Origin: a virus
DNA length: 64,000 bases
Virus record (IMG/VR): IMGVR_UViG_3300029305_006397
Strand: one strand, 5' to 3'
The position numbers and the translations under genes were made by a program. The notes below the pieces were generated by a model. It ran no database searches. It saw only the letters and a program-made list of their open reading frames with translations, and was not told the origin of the DNA. Below are positions 1-8,259 of this stretch, in pieces (within the stretch, counting starts at the first letter, position 1; each line of letters opens with the position of its first letter).

Positions 1-168
1 GGTAGCGGTGTATACTATCCGATAAATTTTGCCAATTTATCCTCATCTGGTTATAAGGTTTCTATGTGGTTTAAATCTGGTGGAATTGCTATTCAAACAG
101 GAACTTCGATAGAAATTGCAGGCGGATTTGTTACTGTTTATTATACTAAAACAGTTACTTCCGCATAA
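1..168 (+). CDS. tail fibre / receptor-binding protein, C-terminal fragment (5' end outside window)
   Basis: Frame 1 is open from the window edge to TAA 166-168. Its end (GGFVTVYYTKT) resembles the end of the next ORF (ESWFIVEYTK), suggesting a paralogous head domain. Confidence 0.5.
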   Translation, partial: GSGVYYPINFANLSSSGYKVSMWFKSGGIAIQTGTSIEIAGGFVTVYYTKTVTSA

Positions 169-183
169 TAGGGAGGGATATCA

Positions 184-618
184 ATGTCTTATAATACAGA
201 CTTACAAGAAAACAACGCTACTTTACAATCAATATTAGAAGTAGCACAGGCTCTTCCTACTCATGGAGTAAATTATAGTACGGAAGAGACTCTTACTGGC
301 GGAACATGGATTGATGGGAAGCCAATTTATAGGAAAGTAATTCCTTTTGGACAAATAAACAACGGTACAATAATGTCTAAACCAATGAATACAGGCCCTC
401 TTTCCTCTCTTGTACATCTATGGGGATATGGTAGACGCGATACAGATTTGCGTCCCTTACCGGTAGTAGCTACGGATATGCCTCAAACGGCAGGTATTGC
501 TATTTCGTATTTTGATACCGATCCACAAGTCTACGTCTCAGCAGGCACAAATGGTGGCCTTCATGAGTCCTGGTTCATAGTGGAATACACCAAAGCAGCC
601 GATGTAGCTACCACTTGA
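184..618 (+). CDS. putative tail fibre / receptor-binding head-domain protein
   Basis: 144-aa ORF with SD GGGAGGG upstream of the ATG. The TGGTWIDGKPIYRKV motif is recalled from phage fibre distal domains; it was not searched. Confidence 0.65.
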   Translation: MSYNTDLQENNATLQSILEVAQALPTHGVNYSTEETLTGGTWIDGKPIYRKVIPFGQINNGTIMSKPMNTGPLSSLVHLWGYGRRDTDLRPLPVVATDMPQTAGIAISYFDTDPQVYVSAGTNGGLHESWFIVEYTKAADVATT

Positions 619-640
619 TATAAAGAAGGGAGCGAATGAT

Positions 641-1897
641 ATGGCGGTTTTAAAAGAGACAGGACTGCAGCATTTATGCAATCATATTAATTCTCAAATT
701 ACTATATTAGAAGGTAATATGACGTGTTGTCCGCGTAAAGCAACTGGAAATCCTATTATATTTGAAAATGGTATAGAAAACTTTAGAGTGAGTGCTAAAA
801 TTATAAATGAATTTGAGAGACCAACCAGTAATGGCGGAGAGGAAACTATTATTGAAAATTGGCCCACACCAGATTCTCCTGCGGATATTCCAGTAAAGAA
901 AACAAACTATTTCATATATTCTGGCATTAATAACAATATGTTTAATAAAGATGCTCTGAATTATGGTGTAAATGAGTCTGGAACGGCTGTTGCGTCTATG
1001 GCAATTAGCAATAAAATTTATATTCCTACTCAGGGAGAATTATTTATCAATTTATTCAATGTTCCCGATACGGTTAGTATATCTTGCATAGTATGCGACC
1101 GGGCATCTGATGGTATATATAGCTATGGCAGTGTTGATATTATGGAATCTGGATCACCGTATGTGAGCTATGGAGATTGGGGACTTGGCGGCGTAGTTGA
1201 TAGCATTATAATTTCAATTTCAAAGCTGGATGAAAGCGAGCTTACGTCAAGCGATCTAGCTGAATTGCGTGTAGGCGTTTATGCTACTTATGATCCGGAA
1301 GAGCTTACTTTTGAGGCAGGAAAAGGCAATTTCATCAGCATTGATGTGGATAGTGCCTGGGATGCTAGTGCAGGATACTTTGGCATTGTAGACTTAAATC
1401 AGGGGATTATCGAGATGAATTATGGCGTGGTAATGCTCTCTGATTTGGTCGCTGAAACTGTGACTTGGACTAAAAACACAACAGCAACTCCAACAGGCGA
1501 TTCAATTTCATATTGGTCTACATCAGATATACAGATTGATGATTATGATAGCGACTTGTTTTGTACACACTATTCTACCAATAGTATCGGCAGCTATGGA
1601 TTGGATTATGATGGAGATACACTGTCAATTTATAATGCAACTGATTTTGCTACTGAGGATGAATTTAAAGCATTTGTAGGTAGTTTAAGCGGTATGATTA
1701 TTTATAAAAGAACCGAGCCTCTGATTTATCAAATTTCTACTCCCAATATTTATTGTTATGAAGGTTCTAATTATTTATATGCCGATGGTAATATAATTGA
1801 ATCAATATACAACATTCCCGACACGGCATATAAATTTGGCACTTCTTTACCTGCTAACGGTAAAAAGGGCGATGTATTTTTCCTTTTGACTGCTTAA
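641..1897 (+). CDS. putative tail fibre / structural protein
   Basis: 418-aa ORF with SD GAAGGGAG upstream. Ser/Thr/Gly/Asn-rich with no enzymatic motif, flanked by fibre-like ORFs. Confidence 0.6.
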   Translation: MAVLKETGLQHLCNHINSQITILEGNMTCCPRKATGNPIIFENGIENFRVSAKIINEFERPTSNGGEETIIENWPTPDSPADIPVKKTNYFIYSGINNNMFNKDALNYGVNESGTAVASMAISNKIYIPTQGELFINLFNVPDTVSISCIVCDRASDGIYSYGSVDIMESGSPYVSYGDWGLGGVVDSIIISISKLDESELTSSDLAELRVGVYATYDPEELTFEAGKGNFISIDVDSAWDASAGYFGIVDLNQGIIEMNYGVVMLSDLVAETVTWTKNTTATPTGDSISYWSTSDIQIDDYDSDLFCTHYSTNSIGSYGLDYDGDTLSIYNATDFATEDEFKAFVGSLSGMIIYKRTEPLIYQISTPNIYCYEGSNYLYADGNIIESIYNIPDTAYKFGTSLPANGKKGDVFFLLTA

Positions 1898-1926
1898 ATC
1901 TATTATGTTGAAAGGAGATCGTTACA

Positions 1927-2511
1927 ATGACAGGAAGGGTAAGCGTATCTGGTTATAGAGGCCAGAATTGCAACGGCGTTGGATCTGGAGGAACGGCTAC
2001 TTCATATTATAGCCAGAGTGCTTCTTACACAATAAGCACAGGAACAAAAGGCATCGTCCAATTCAGAGTTCCATTTGGAGACATTAACGAAGGTAAACCA
2101 GCTAGAATTACGGGGATAAGTGTACAATTAAAAGCCAACTCTGGCTCTGACGCATTTAATGTTATTCTTAATGGAGAATCCCAAACAGTAAGTATTTCTA
2201 CGACGCCTACAGTCGTTATATTTGAAAACGAAACAATTGAATATTTTAATAGTAGGCGCGATTCCAACAATTGTTTTCCTAGTTCAACTTCTTACATTAC
2301 ATTGCGTTTTTTAGATAGAACGGTAAGTGGAGGTTCTTGCAAAATTTCGCCAATTAATCAAAAATTATTTATTCAATGGGAATCTTTAGACCCAATTCGT
2401 GTTTTTGATGGTACGGAGTGGAAAGCGGCAGATGCGTATGTCTATACTGGCGAGACTTGGGCTAAGGCAGCATGTTATATTAATGACGGCAGTGAATGGA
2501 AAAATAGTTAA
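1927..2511 (+). CDS. hypothetical structural protein
   Basis: 194-aa ORF with SD AAAGGAGA upstream. Last gene of the plus-strand module, followed by a terminator. Confidence 0.6.
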   Translation: MTGRVSVSGYRGQNCNGVGSGGTATSYYSQSASYTISTGTKGIVQFRVPFGDINEGKPARITGISVQLKANSGSDAFNVILNGESQTVSISTTPTVVIFENETIEYFNSRRDSNNCFPSSTSYITLRFLDRTVSGGSCKISPINQKLFIQWESLDPIRVFDGTEWKAADAYVYTGETWAKAACYINDGSEWKNS

Positions 2512-2673
2512 TGTACAGTCGGCATGAAGACGATAAACTCATGCAATTGGGTGATCAGCAGCCCTATAAATGCGAGTCGGCCATGACGGCGAGAATATCA
2601 TGGACGTGTAGTAGATGCTCGGAAGGGCATTGCGGCTGTTTGCCTAGCATAAAAGGCATCCACATACGATAAT

Positions 2674-2706
2674 GGGGAGAGCGATTGGCTCTCCCCTATT
2701 TTTTAC
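2674..2706 (+). terminator. rho-independent terminator between convergent modules
   Basis: GGGGAGAGC / GCTCTCCCC 9-bp stem with a 5-nt loop, followed by TATTTTTT. Lies between the plus-strand stop (2511) and the integrase stop (2719). Confidence 0.8.
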
Positions 2707-2718
2707 GATTTTGAATTA

Positions 2719-3687
2719 TTATTGTGTTCTGGAAACACGATGAACTCTACTATTCTTTTTCTTAATTACATCAAGAGGACTAAAGTCTTCGTAATTTTCT
2801 TTCAGATCTTCAGAGAACATTTTTACATATCTTCTAGTCATTTCAAGAGTGCGATGATCAAGTAGTTTTTGAAGCTTGAAAACGTCTCCTTTATTGCGGA
2901 GCCAATGTTTTGCGAAGGTGTGACGGAACATGTGAATTGATGTTTTGCCTACCTCGCGATATTCATTATATCTACGAATTGATATTTTGAGCGCATTGAC
3001 AGTCAGTTTTTCGTCGCCAACATTTGGGAAGAGATAGTCTTCTGGATCAGACATGCCGCGCCAAAGATCAATATAGTCCGCTAAGGCATTCTTTAAGGAA
3101 ATCGACATTGGCAGTATCATTGCATTTTTAGCTTTAGTGAATCTAATTGTGATTTCTTTATTGGCTAAATCTGCGTCTTTTATTCTGACGTTGCAAATAG
3201 TCGAAGCACGATTTCCTGTTGCAAGAATCCAATTTACAATTGCCCATGATCTCCATTCTGTAAATGAATCTTGCTTAGAAGGACGTTTCAGCAGAGCAAG
3301 CAGTTCCTGATCGTTATATGTTTCTATTATACTTTCTTGTTCTCCGACCAATTTTATTGCAAATTCGCTAAGGTACTTATGCTCCATGCACCAATACAGA
3401 AATGCCCTAACGTGGCGCAGATAGTGATTTACGGAAGCTGGGGAAAGGTCTTCGTCTAACAGTCGTTTTGAAAACTTGAGTATATATTCTTCTGTTACAT
3501 CTTTGATATTAGTCCGTAGACCCTCTTCGTCTAAAAAACTGTTCCACCTCTTGAAGCTGTCGTTGGCTGAACGTATCGTATCTTTAGAAGCATTTGATGC
3601 GATTTTCTCAGCGATGTACTTGTAATATGCTTGTTCAATTGTCAAACTAACTTCGTTCGTTCTGACCATTTTTCTTTGAGTTGCCAT
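2719..3687 (-). CDS. int: tyrosine recombinase / phage integrase
   Basis: C-terminal HMFRHTFAKHW ... LLDHRTLEMTRRYV gives the H-x-x-R, H and Y catalytic pattern. Start moved to the ATG at 3687 (MATQRK), which has SD AAAGGAGAA; the ORF-track start at 3759 has none. Confidence 0.85.
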   Translation of the reverse strand: MATQRKMVRTNEVSLTIEQAYYKYIAEKIASNASKDTIRSANDSFKRWNSFLDEEGLRTNIKDVTEEYILKFSKRLLDEDLSPASVNHYLRHVRAFLYWCMEHKYLSEFAIKLVGEQESIIETYNDQELLALLKRPSKQDSFTEWRSWAIVNWILATGNRASTICNVRIKDADLANKEITIRFTKAKNAMILPMSISLKNALADYIDLWRGMSDPEDYLFPNVGDEKLTVNALKISIRRYNEYREVGKTSIHMFRHTFAKHWLRNKGDVFKLQKLLDHRTLEMTRRYVKMFSEDLKENYEDFSPLDVIKKKNSRVHRVSRTQ

Positions 3688-3726
3688 ATGGGTTCTCCTT
3701 TCATAATGGTGATTAAAAGGTGAAAC

Positions 3727-3773
3727 CCTGATTTGATTTTGGGTGTCTGAAACTGACATCCTGATTTAATTGG
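3727..3773. repeat. two direct copies of CCTGATTT(G/A)AT in the integrase leader
   Basis: CCTGATTTGATTTTGG at 3727-3742 and CCTGATTTAATTGG at 3760-3773. They are related to the palindromes at 3995-4048. Confidence 0.6.
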
Positions 3774-3802
3774 TTTCTTGGAGTCCTTTGAACGAATTAC
3801 AG

Positions 3803-3827
3803 ATAAACAAAAAAGGCCAAAAGCCTT
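3803..3827 (-). terminator. weak terminator after tRNA-Lys(CTT)
   Basis: On the minus strand, an AAGGC / GCCTT stem is followed by TTTTGTTT. Confidence 0.45.
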
Positions 3828-3850
3828 GAAATCAAAGACTTTTGACCATT

Positions 3851-3926
3851 TGGTACACCTTCAGGGGCTCGAACCCTGGACACCCTGATTAAGAGTCAGG
3901 TGCTCTACCAACTGAGCTAAAGGTGC
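3851..3926 (-). tRNA. tRNA-Lys(CTT), CCA encoded
   Basis: Hand-folded cloverleaf: GCACCTT TA GCTC AGTTGGTA GAGC A CCTGA CTCTTAA TCAGG GTGTC CAGGG TTCGAGC CCCTG AAGGTGT A CCA. Confidence 0.9.
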
Positions 3927-3994
3927 ATGTCAAAATGCCGCGTTTTCAAGGGGTTTGGGATTTTTGTCTCCTCGTGTTTTTCAAAGGTGACTAC

Positions 3995-4048
3995 ATGATT
4001 AAAATCAGGAATACCTAAATTTCGCTTGATGACCTGATCAAAATCAGG
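3995..4048. promoter_or_regulatory. two palindromic operator-like sites C(A/C)TGAT-N4-ATCAGG
   Basis: CATGATTAAAATCAGG at 3995-4009 and CCTGATCAAAATCAGG at 4033-4048, just downstream of the promoter at 4065-4093. Confidence 0.55.
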
Positions 4049-4064
4049 GGTTCTACTTACTTTA

Positions 4065-4093
4065 ATAATACAAAAAAATGAGCCTAAAGTCAA
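4065..4093 (-). promoter_or_regulatory. sigma-A/sigma-70-type promoter reading toward tRNA-Lys(CTT) and int
   Basis: On the minus strand: TTGACT, a 17-nt spacer, then TATTAT. Confidence 0.55.
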
Positions 4094-4130
4094 GTGAATT
4101 ATAGACAATTTTATATCGCTTAAGACAAAT

Positions 4131-4170
4131 AAAAAAGCCGCCACTCCAATAAAGGAGCGACGGCTATTTT
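4131..4170 (-). terminator. rho-independent terminator ending the long minus-strand gene train
   Basis: On the minus strand, an interrupted stem AGCCG..GCTCC tttatt GGAG..CGGCT is followed by TTTTTTATTT. An A-run on the other side suggests it may be bidirectional. Confidence 0.75.
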
Positions 4171-4734
4171 TTACGATTTAGGCACAGCACATTTGCAGTC
4201 AGATTTAAAACCACACATGGAACAGTTTACTTCCAGAGCCATTTGCCCAATTGTTTTTTCATATCCAGGATTTTCAATCACATAATCGCATTCATCTGCA
4301 ATTCCAGTGAACTGACCTTCATCGGAAAGACTACGACGATAAGCTTCTTCGATATTATCTCCTCTTTGTAAAATCTTGATCAATCGATCTCTGCGAGGTA
4401 CATCAATATAAAATGCGATGACATTAACTTTGTCATTTTTGCGAAGCTGACGAAGGCCATGAGGATTAGCAACGATAACTTTATCATCAGTACAATCTTC
4501 TACGGCGCAGCCATAATGCCAACCATTATAACAGGTAGATTCGGCAAAGAATCCTTCGTTCAGTCGTTTTTCAAATTCTTCTTCCGTGATAAAGTGATAA
4601 TCTACACCATTCACTTCCCCGCTTCTGGGTTGACGAGTAGTGTATGAAACCACATGGTTGTATCCGTATTCTTCTACGAGAAATTTTTCGATGCTGGACT
4701 TGCCAGATGCGCTTTCTCCTACGAGGACGATCAT
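4171..4734 (-). CDS. guanylate kinase-like (d)NMP kinase
   Basis: P-loop GESASGKSS and TTRQPRSGEVNGVDYHF guanylate-kinase signature. The ATG at 4734 has AAGGAG 9 nt upstream. C-terminal Cys-rich tail. Confidence 0.8.
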   Translation of the reverse strand: MIVLVGESASGKSSIEKFLVEEYGYNHVVSYTTRQPRSGEVNGVDYHFITEEEFEKRLNEGFFAESTCYNGWHYGCAVEDCTDDKVIVANPHGLRQLRKNDKVNVIAFYIDVPRRDRLIKILQRGDNIEEAYRRSLSDEGQFTGIADECDYVIENPGYEKTIGQMALEVNCSMCGFKSDCKCAVPKS

Positions 4735-4778
4735 AAAAATCAACTCCTTTAGAGTAGTTTATAGTAACTTTAGAGTAA

Positions 4779-4997
4779 CTAGGAATCTTTATGTTCCAAC
4801 CAGTATAATTTTTGAATAACCTTTTGAACCCATAGAGTATGCTGCAAACAAGGACATATACTGGTTTGATAATAAGGATTGCCTCTTCCACTTAAATACT
4901 CGACACAATTTTTACAAGGTGAATTATCTGTAAGTATTTCGCGTTTCCAATCTTCATTTGGATGAAAAACCGAATCAAAATCTACGAACATAGGCAT
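4779..4997 (-). CDS. hypothetical Cys-rich protein
   Basis: 72-aa ORF filling an otherwise 255-nt gap. No clear SD. Confidence 0.35.
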   Translation of the reverse strand: MPMFVDFDSVFHPNEDWKREILTDNSPCKNCVEYLSGRGNPYYQTSICPCLQHTLWVQKVIQKLYWLEHKDS

Positions 4998-4998
4998 A

Positions 4999-5310
4999 TT
5001 ATATCAGCATAGCCAATTTCTTCGCGAGAATCTGTTTGGCATTCTTTTCGATAATATCAGCGATAACGGATTCGGTTTTGGTATTAACGTACTCTGCGAA
5101 AGTTACACCTTGAATTTTAGAACGGACATCCCATCGAGAACCATTAAGTAGGAAATTAATTCTATCATTGACTGCCTTTTCAATTGCAGAATCAAGCGAT
5201 TTATAAATGACCTTTTCCAGATATTGATCCATTGCAATTGAAACCTTCTGTTCAAGTTCTTCATTTTCAAAACTTACATTCAGGATAATTTTAGGTTCGC
5301 TTTTTTTCAT
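4999..5310 (-). CDS. hypothetical protein
   Basis: 103-aa ORF with SD AAGAGG upstream, in the minus-strand gene train. Confidence 0.6.
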   Translation of the reverse strand: MKKSEPKIILNVSFENEELEQKVSIAMDQYLEKVIYKSLDSAIEKAVNDRINFLLNGSRWDVRSKIQGVTFAEYVNTKTESVIADIIEKNAKQILAKKLAMLI

Positions 5311-5331
5311 ATAAGTACCTCTTTTCGAAAT

Positions 5332-5829
5332 CTAACATTTCACAACAAAAACGTTTCCATGAGAGCTTGACTTAGAATCAGGTAACGTATCGCCAGAAGG
5401 AACATCTGTTTTTTCAGATAATGGCTTTACGCCCAGCTTTTTAGCAACATGGTCAGGGATTGGCTTGTGCCAGCACTTATACGGAGCTTGCATACATCCG
5501 TCGTGCTCAATACTGCATCCCAGTTCCTTGGGCGATACAAATGCGCAGGGTTTCAGCATTCGTCTGCCTTCGCTTTTGAAGTTTTCTTCCCACCATTGAT
5601 ACCAGGTAGGATAAACGGGAGAAGGATGATCTTCTGCCCATTTTTGGATTGCATGTTCTACTTGATGCATGTCTCTATTTATTTCGATATTTAAAAAATT
5701 TTCTATAAACGGACAATTATAAAAGGCACCATCAGAATCTCGAAATTTGTAAATTGGACAATCCTCGCATAGTTTGATGCTTTTGCACATTCTATTAGCG
5801 TTTTGAATTACTTCTATAAATTCAGCCAT
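5332..5829 (-). CDS. hypothetical protein, MAEF(I/V)EVI paralogue 1
   Basis: 165 aa. Shares the N-terminal MAEFIEVI, the YPTW motif and the C-terminal IP..VA..LGVK with 5841..6248 and 6756..7178. Confidence 0.65.
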   Translation of the reverse strand: MAEFIEVIQNANRMCKSIKLCEDCPIYKFRDSDGAFYNCPFIENFLNIEINRDMHQVEHAIQKWAEDHPSPVYPTWYQWWEENFKSEGRRMLKPCAFVSPKELGCSIEHDGCMQAPYKCWHKPIPDHVAKKLGVKPLSEKTDVPSGDTLPDSKSSSHGNVFVVKC

Positions 5830-5840
5830 AATTGTTCTCC

Positions 5841-6248
5841 TTAATGTGTAATACGAGGCTCTTTAAGATCGCTGATGTTTATGATATCTGCTTCCCTACG
5901 TTTTTCTTTTGCAGCTTGAACATCGGGCACATCTTTTAATCGAACACCAAAGAAATCTGCAACTTGCTTGGGAATCGGAGTATCTAAAAACTCTTCCAAG
6001 GATACATTCTCCATCTTCGCAAATGCGGTAAATACCTCTTTCCAGGTCGGATACGGAATGTAGGGATTGTGATCGTTATAATAAGCAATTGCATCGAGAA
6101 TCAATTGGGGTTCCTGCAAAAGCAGAGCTGCACAATCATCCATATTGTCTATCTGACGAACCTGATTAATCACACATCCATCCTCGCAGTTCTTGAAGCA
6201 AGAGCACATGTTGTTATATTCTTTGATTGTTTCAACGAAATCAGCCAT
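5841..6248 (-). CDS. hypothetical protein, MAEF-family paralogue 2
   Basis: Start at the ATG at 6248 (MADFVETI) with SD GAAGGTGA. The start overlaps the folA stop (ATGGCTGA). Confidence 0.65.
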   Translation of the reverse strand: MADFVETIKEYNNMCSCFKNCEDGCVINQVRQIDNMDDCAALLLQEPQLILDAIAYYNDHNPYIPYPTWKEVFTAFAKMENVSLEEFLDTPIPKQVADFFGVRLKDVPDVQAAKEKRREADIINISDLKEPRITH

Positions 6249-6759
6249 TAGAATCACCTTCTATTCTTCCATAAAGTTCAAATTGATATTGGATATCACA
6301 CCATTGCTTGACTTCGCTGCAAGAAATGCGTTCCCATTCAGGCATGGATTCAATATCGGGGAAGTAGGTATCTGCATTGGGATACTTGTGAAGAATGCGG
6401 GTAAGATATACACAATCACAATACGGAAGGAGCTGTTCGTAGATTTGCCCTCCACCAATGATAAAAATATCTTGTTCGCGCTTTATGAGACTTAGATTTA
6501 TTATCGCAGATATCAAGTCAGACTCGAAATAGGAATTATTTTTGTATATGGCTTCATGACTATTCGAAGTAATTACCCAATTGAAGCGATTGGGCAATGG
6601 CTTTACAGGTAACGAATCCCATGTTTTTCTGCCCATTATGATAAGTTTGTCGGTAGTAAGTTTTTTAAAGCATTCCATATCTTCGGGAATGCGCTCAAGC
6701 AATTCACCTTTATAGCCAATGGCATTATTTAAATCGGCACATACAATAGCAGAAATCAT
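6241..6759 (-). CDS. folA: dihydrofolate reductase
   Basis: MISAIVCADLNNAIGYKGELLERIPEDM ... IIMGRKTWDSLP ... LPNRFNWVITS matches the classic DHFR N-terminal pattern. Confidence 0.85.
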   Translation of the reverse strand: MISAIVCADLNNAIGYKGELLERIPEDMECFKKLTTDKLIIMGRKTWDSLPVKPLPNRFNWVITSNSHEAIYKNNSYFESDLISAIINLSLIKREQDIFIIGGGQIYEQLLPYCDCVYLTRILHKYPNADTYFPDIESMPEWERISCSEVKQWCDIQYQFELYGRIEGDSNG

Positions 6760-7178
6760 TTAACCACTCCAATCAAAGGTATGATTTTTTGTTTTTTGAC
6801 GCCGAGTTTAGCTGCGAGTTCATCCGGAATAGTGCGATTCCAACATTCAGCGCAATGAGAGCGTTCACATTCAATTAAAGCAGGGCGTTGATCTGCGCCA
6901 TAGATAAATTCCACACAGATTTCGTCTTTCTGGCACATAGGAAAAATTGATTCAAAATGTTCCAGGAAAGAGGGGTATTTAGGTTCAGGATTTGCAGCCG
7001 CCCAATCCATAATGTATTTTTCAATTTCTTCTGGAGAAGACGCATACAATGTAGAATTTGCATATACAGGTTGATCGTAACAATTAAACATAAAATCGAT
7101 ATAATCCAAATTTTTATTAGGATCTTTAGCTTCCATAAGACGTTGAGCCTGTCTTATTACCTCTACAAATTCAGCCAT
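6756..7178 (-). CDS. hypothetical protein, MAEF-family paralogue 3
   Basis: 140 aa with MAEFVEVI, PKYPSF and the C-terminal IPDELAAKLGVKK. Its stop overlaps the folA start. Confidence 0.65.
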   Translation of the reverse strand: MAEFVEVIRQAQRLMEAKDPNKNLDYIDFMFNCYDQPVYANSTLYASSPEEIEKYIMDWAAANPEPKYPSFLEHFESIFPMCQKDEICVEFIYGADQRPALIECERSHCAECWNRTIPDELAAKLGVKKQKIIPLIGVVK

Positions 7179-7189
7179 ATAAAATCACC

Positions 7190-8059
7190 TCAAATTCCAA
7201 GTTCCAGTTCGATTTGGGGAGTTATAGGATAATAATTTTTCATTTCAAAATGCTCTATTCTGAAATCATAGAAATTTGTGACATCGGAAGACAACACAAG
7301 TTTGGGAGGATACATAGCAAAACTTGTTTTAGAAGTCATAGCCCGATCTACTCCCCTGCCATAGATTTCCATAGCTTCGGACTGATGGCGATCATAAATT
7401 TGTTCATTAGCGACAAAGTGGCTGAATACGCCAGGAAGATAGTCAGTATGACGGGCGATCATCATGAGCAAAGCTGCATACTGCACTTCATTGATTCCAC
7501 CAGGGCCGGATGCTGTAAGGAGATCACCGGAGCGCTGGACAAGAACCATATCGAGATATTCTTTATCACCTTTATTTCTGACATTCCAGATGGTGAGGAA
7601 TGCGCAGGGAGCGAGACCGGAAGTTTCATGAAGATCGGATTCCTGCCATAGAGACATAATTTTTCTACGGCCATAGGGATCATTCTCAATATCATGAATC
7701 AAATTATTGACGAGATCATATCTCTTGACGGTTGCGCCATAGCGCTGACCGATAGTACCATCTCCAATATCCCAATCATTCCACCACTTAACACCCATGG
7801 ACTCCATTTCCGAGATAGAATTGGTAGGCCGCTGATAAATAGAGAAGATTTCACGGATACCAGTTTTCCATGCAATCGGACGAAGAGTACAAATAGGAAA
7901 TTCGCCAGCGGATAAATCATAAGTTCTGAAGGTATGGTTGATAGAAATGGTGTGCGCCGGAGTTCCATCTTTATATTTGGGGCGAGGATTTTTATCAAGA
8001 TAACCATTGTTTATGATTTGTGATATTGTTTGCATCATATAATTATCTGCTTTGGTCAT
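7190..8059 (-). CDS. thyA: thymidylate synthase (B. subtilis ThyA / phi3T-type subfamily)
   Basis: Motifs DGTPAHTISI, IAWKTGIREI, GVKWWNDW..GDGTIGQRYG, LAPCAF (catalytic Cys) and QRSGD. Start set at MTKADN (8059) by comparison with B. subtilis ThyA recalled from memory; a GTG at 8071 is also possible. Confidence 0.85.
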   Translation of the reverse strand: MTKADNYMMQTISQIINNGYLDKNPRPKYKDGTPAHTISINHTFRTYDLSAGEFPICTLRPIAWKTGIREIFSIYQRPTNSISEMESMGVKWWNDWDIGDGTIGQRYGATVKRYDLVNNLIHDIENDPYGRRKIMSLWQESDLHETSGLAPCAFLTIWNVRNKGDKEYLDMVLVQRSGDLLTASGPGGINEVQYAALLMMIARHTDYLPGVFSHFVANEQIYDRHQSEAMEIYGRGVDRAMTSKTSFAMYPPKLVLSSDVTNFYDFRIEHFEMKNYYPITPQIELELGI

Positions 8060-8231
8060 AGGAAAATTCACATCCTTTGCAATCGCATAACGATTTAATT
8101 AGTTTCAAAAGGCTTCTTAATTCATCGTTGCTGAGAAGAAGGAAAGGGCCGGATTTGCAATGTATATTGCTTGTTGCAGTTTTCAAAAGAGCTCTAATAT
8201 CTTCAATTATTTTCTTTTGATAATGTGTCAT
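8043..8231 (-). CDS. hypothetical protein
   Basis: 62-aa ORF. Paralogous to 8260..8487 (LL.EATTN / S.DE..SL..L patterns). Confidence 0.5.
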   Translation of the reverse strand: MTHYQKKIIEDIRALLKTATSNIHCKSGPFLLLSNDELRSLLKLIKSLCDCKGCEFSYDQSR

Positions 8232-8259
8232 AGTTAACTATTCTCCCAATAACGCCGTT

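Noticed and set aside
1-2511. Diversity-generating retroelement acting on the fibre genes
   Set aside because: No reverse transcriptase ORF and no template/variable repeat pair were seen in the window.
3851-3926. tRNA-Lys(CTT) plus integrase as a prophage-host junction
   Set aside because: Phage-type genes continue on both sides (fibre genes to the left, nucleotide and replication genes to the right). This is therefore not a chromosome boundary and more likely an attP-type region.
7190-8059. ThyA homologue lacking His after the catalytic Cys (LAPCAF), considered as a dUMP/dCMP hydroxymethylase for hypermodified DNA
   Set aside because: The B. subtilis ThyA / phage phi3T subfamily, as I recall it, also lacks that His (TPCVYE) and shares DGTPAHT and AWKT motifs with this protein. 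The Asn of the dUMP-specificity position appears present. An adjacent DHFR fits a true thymidylate synthase cycle.
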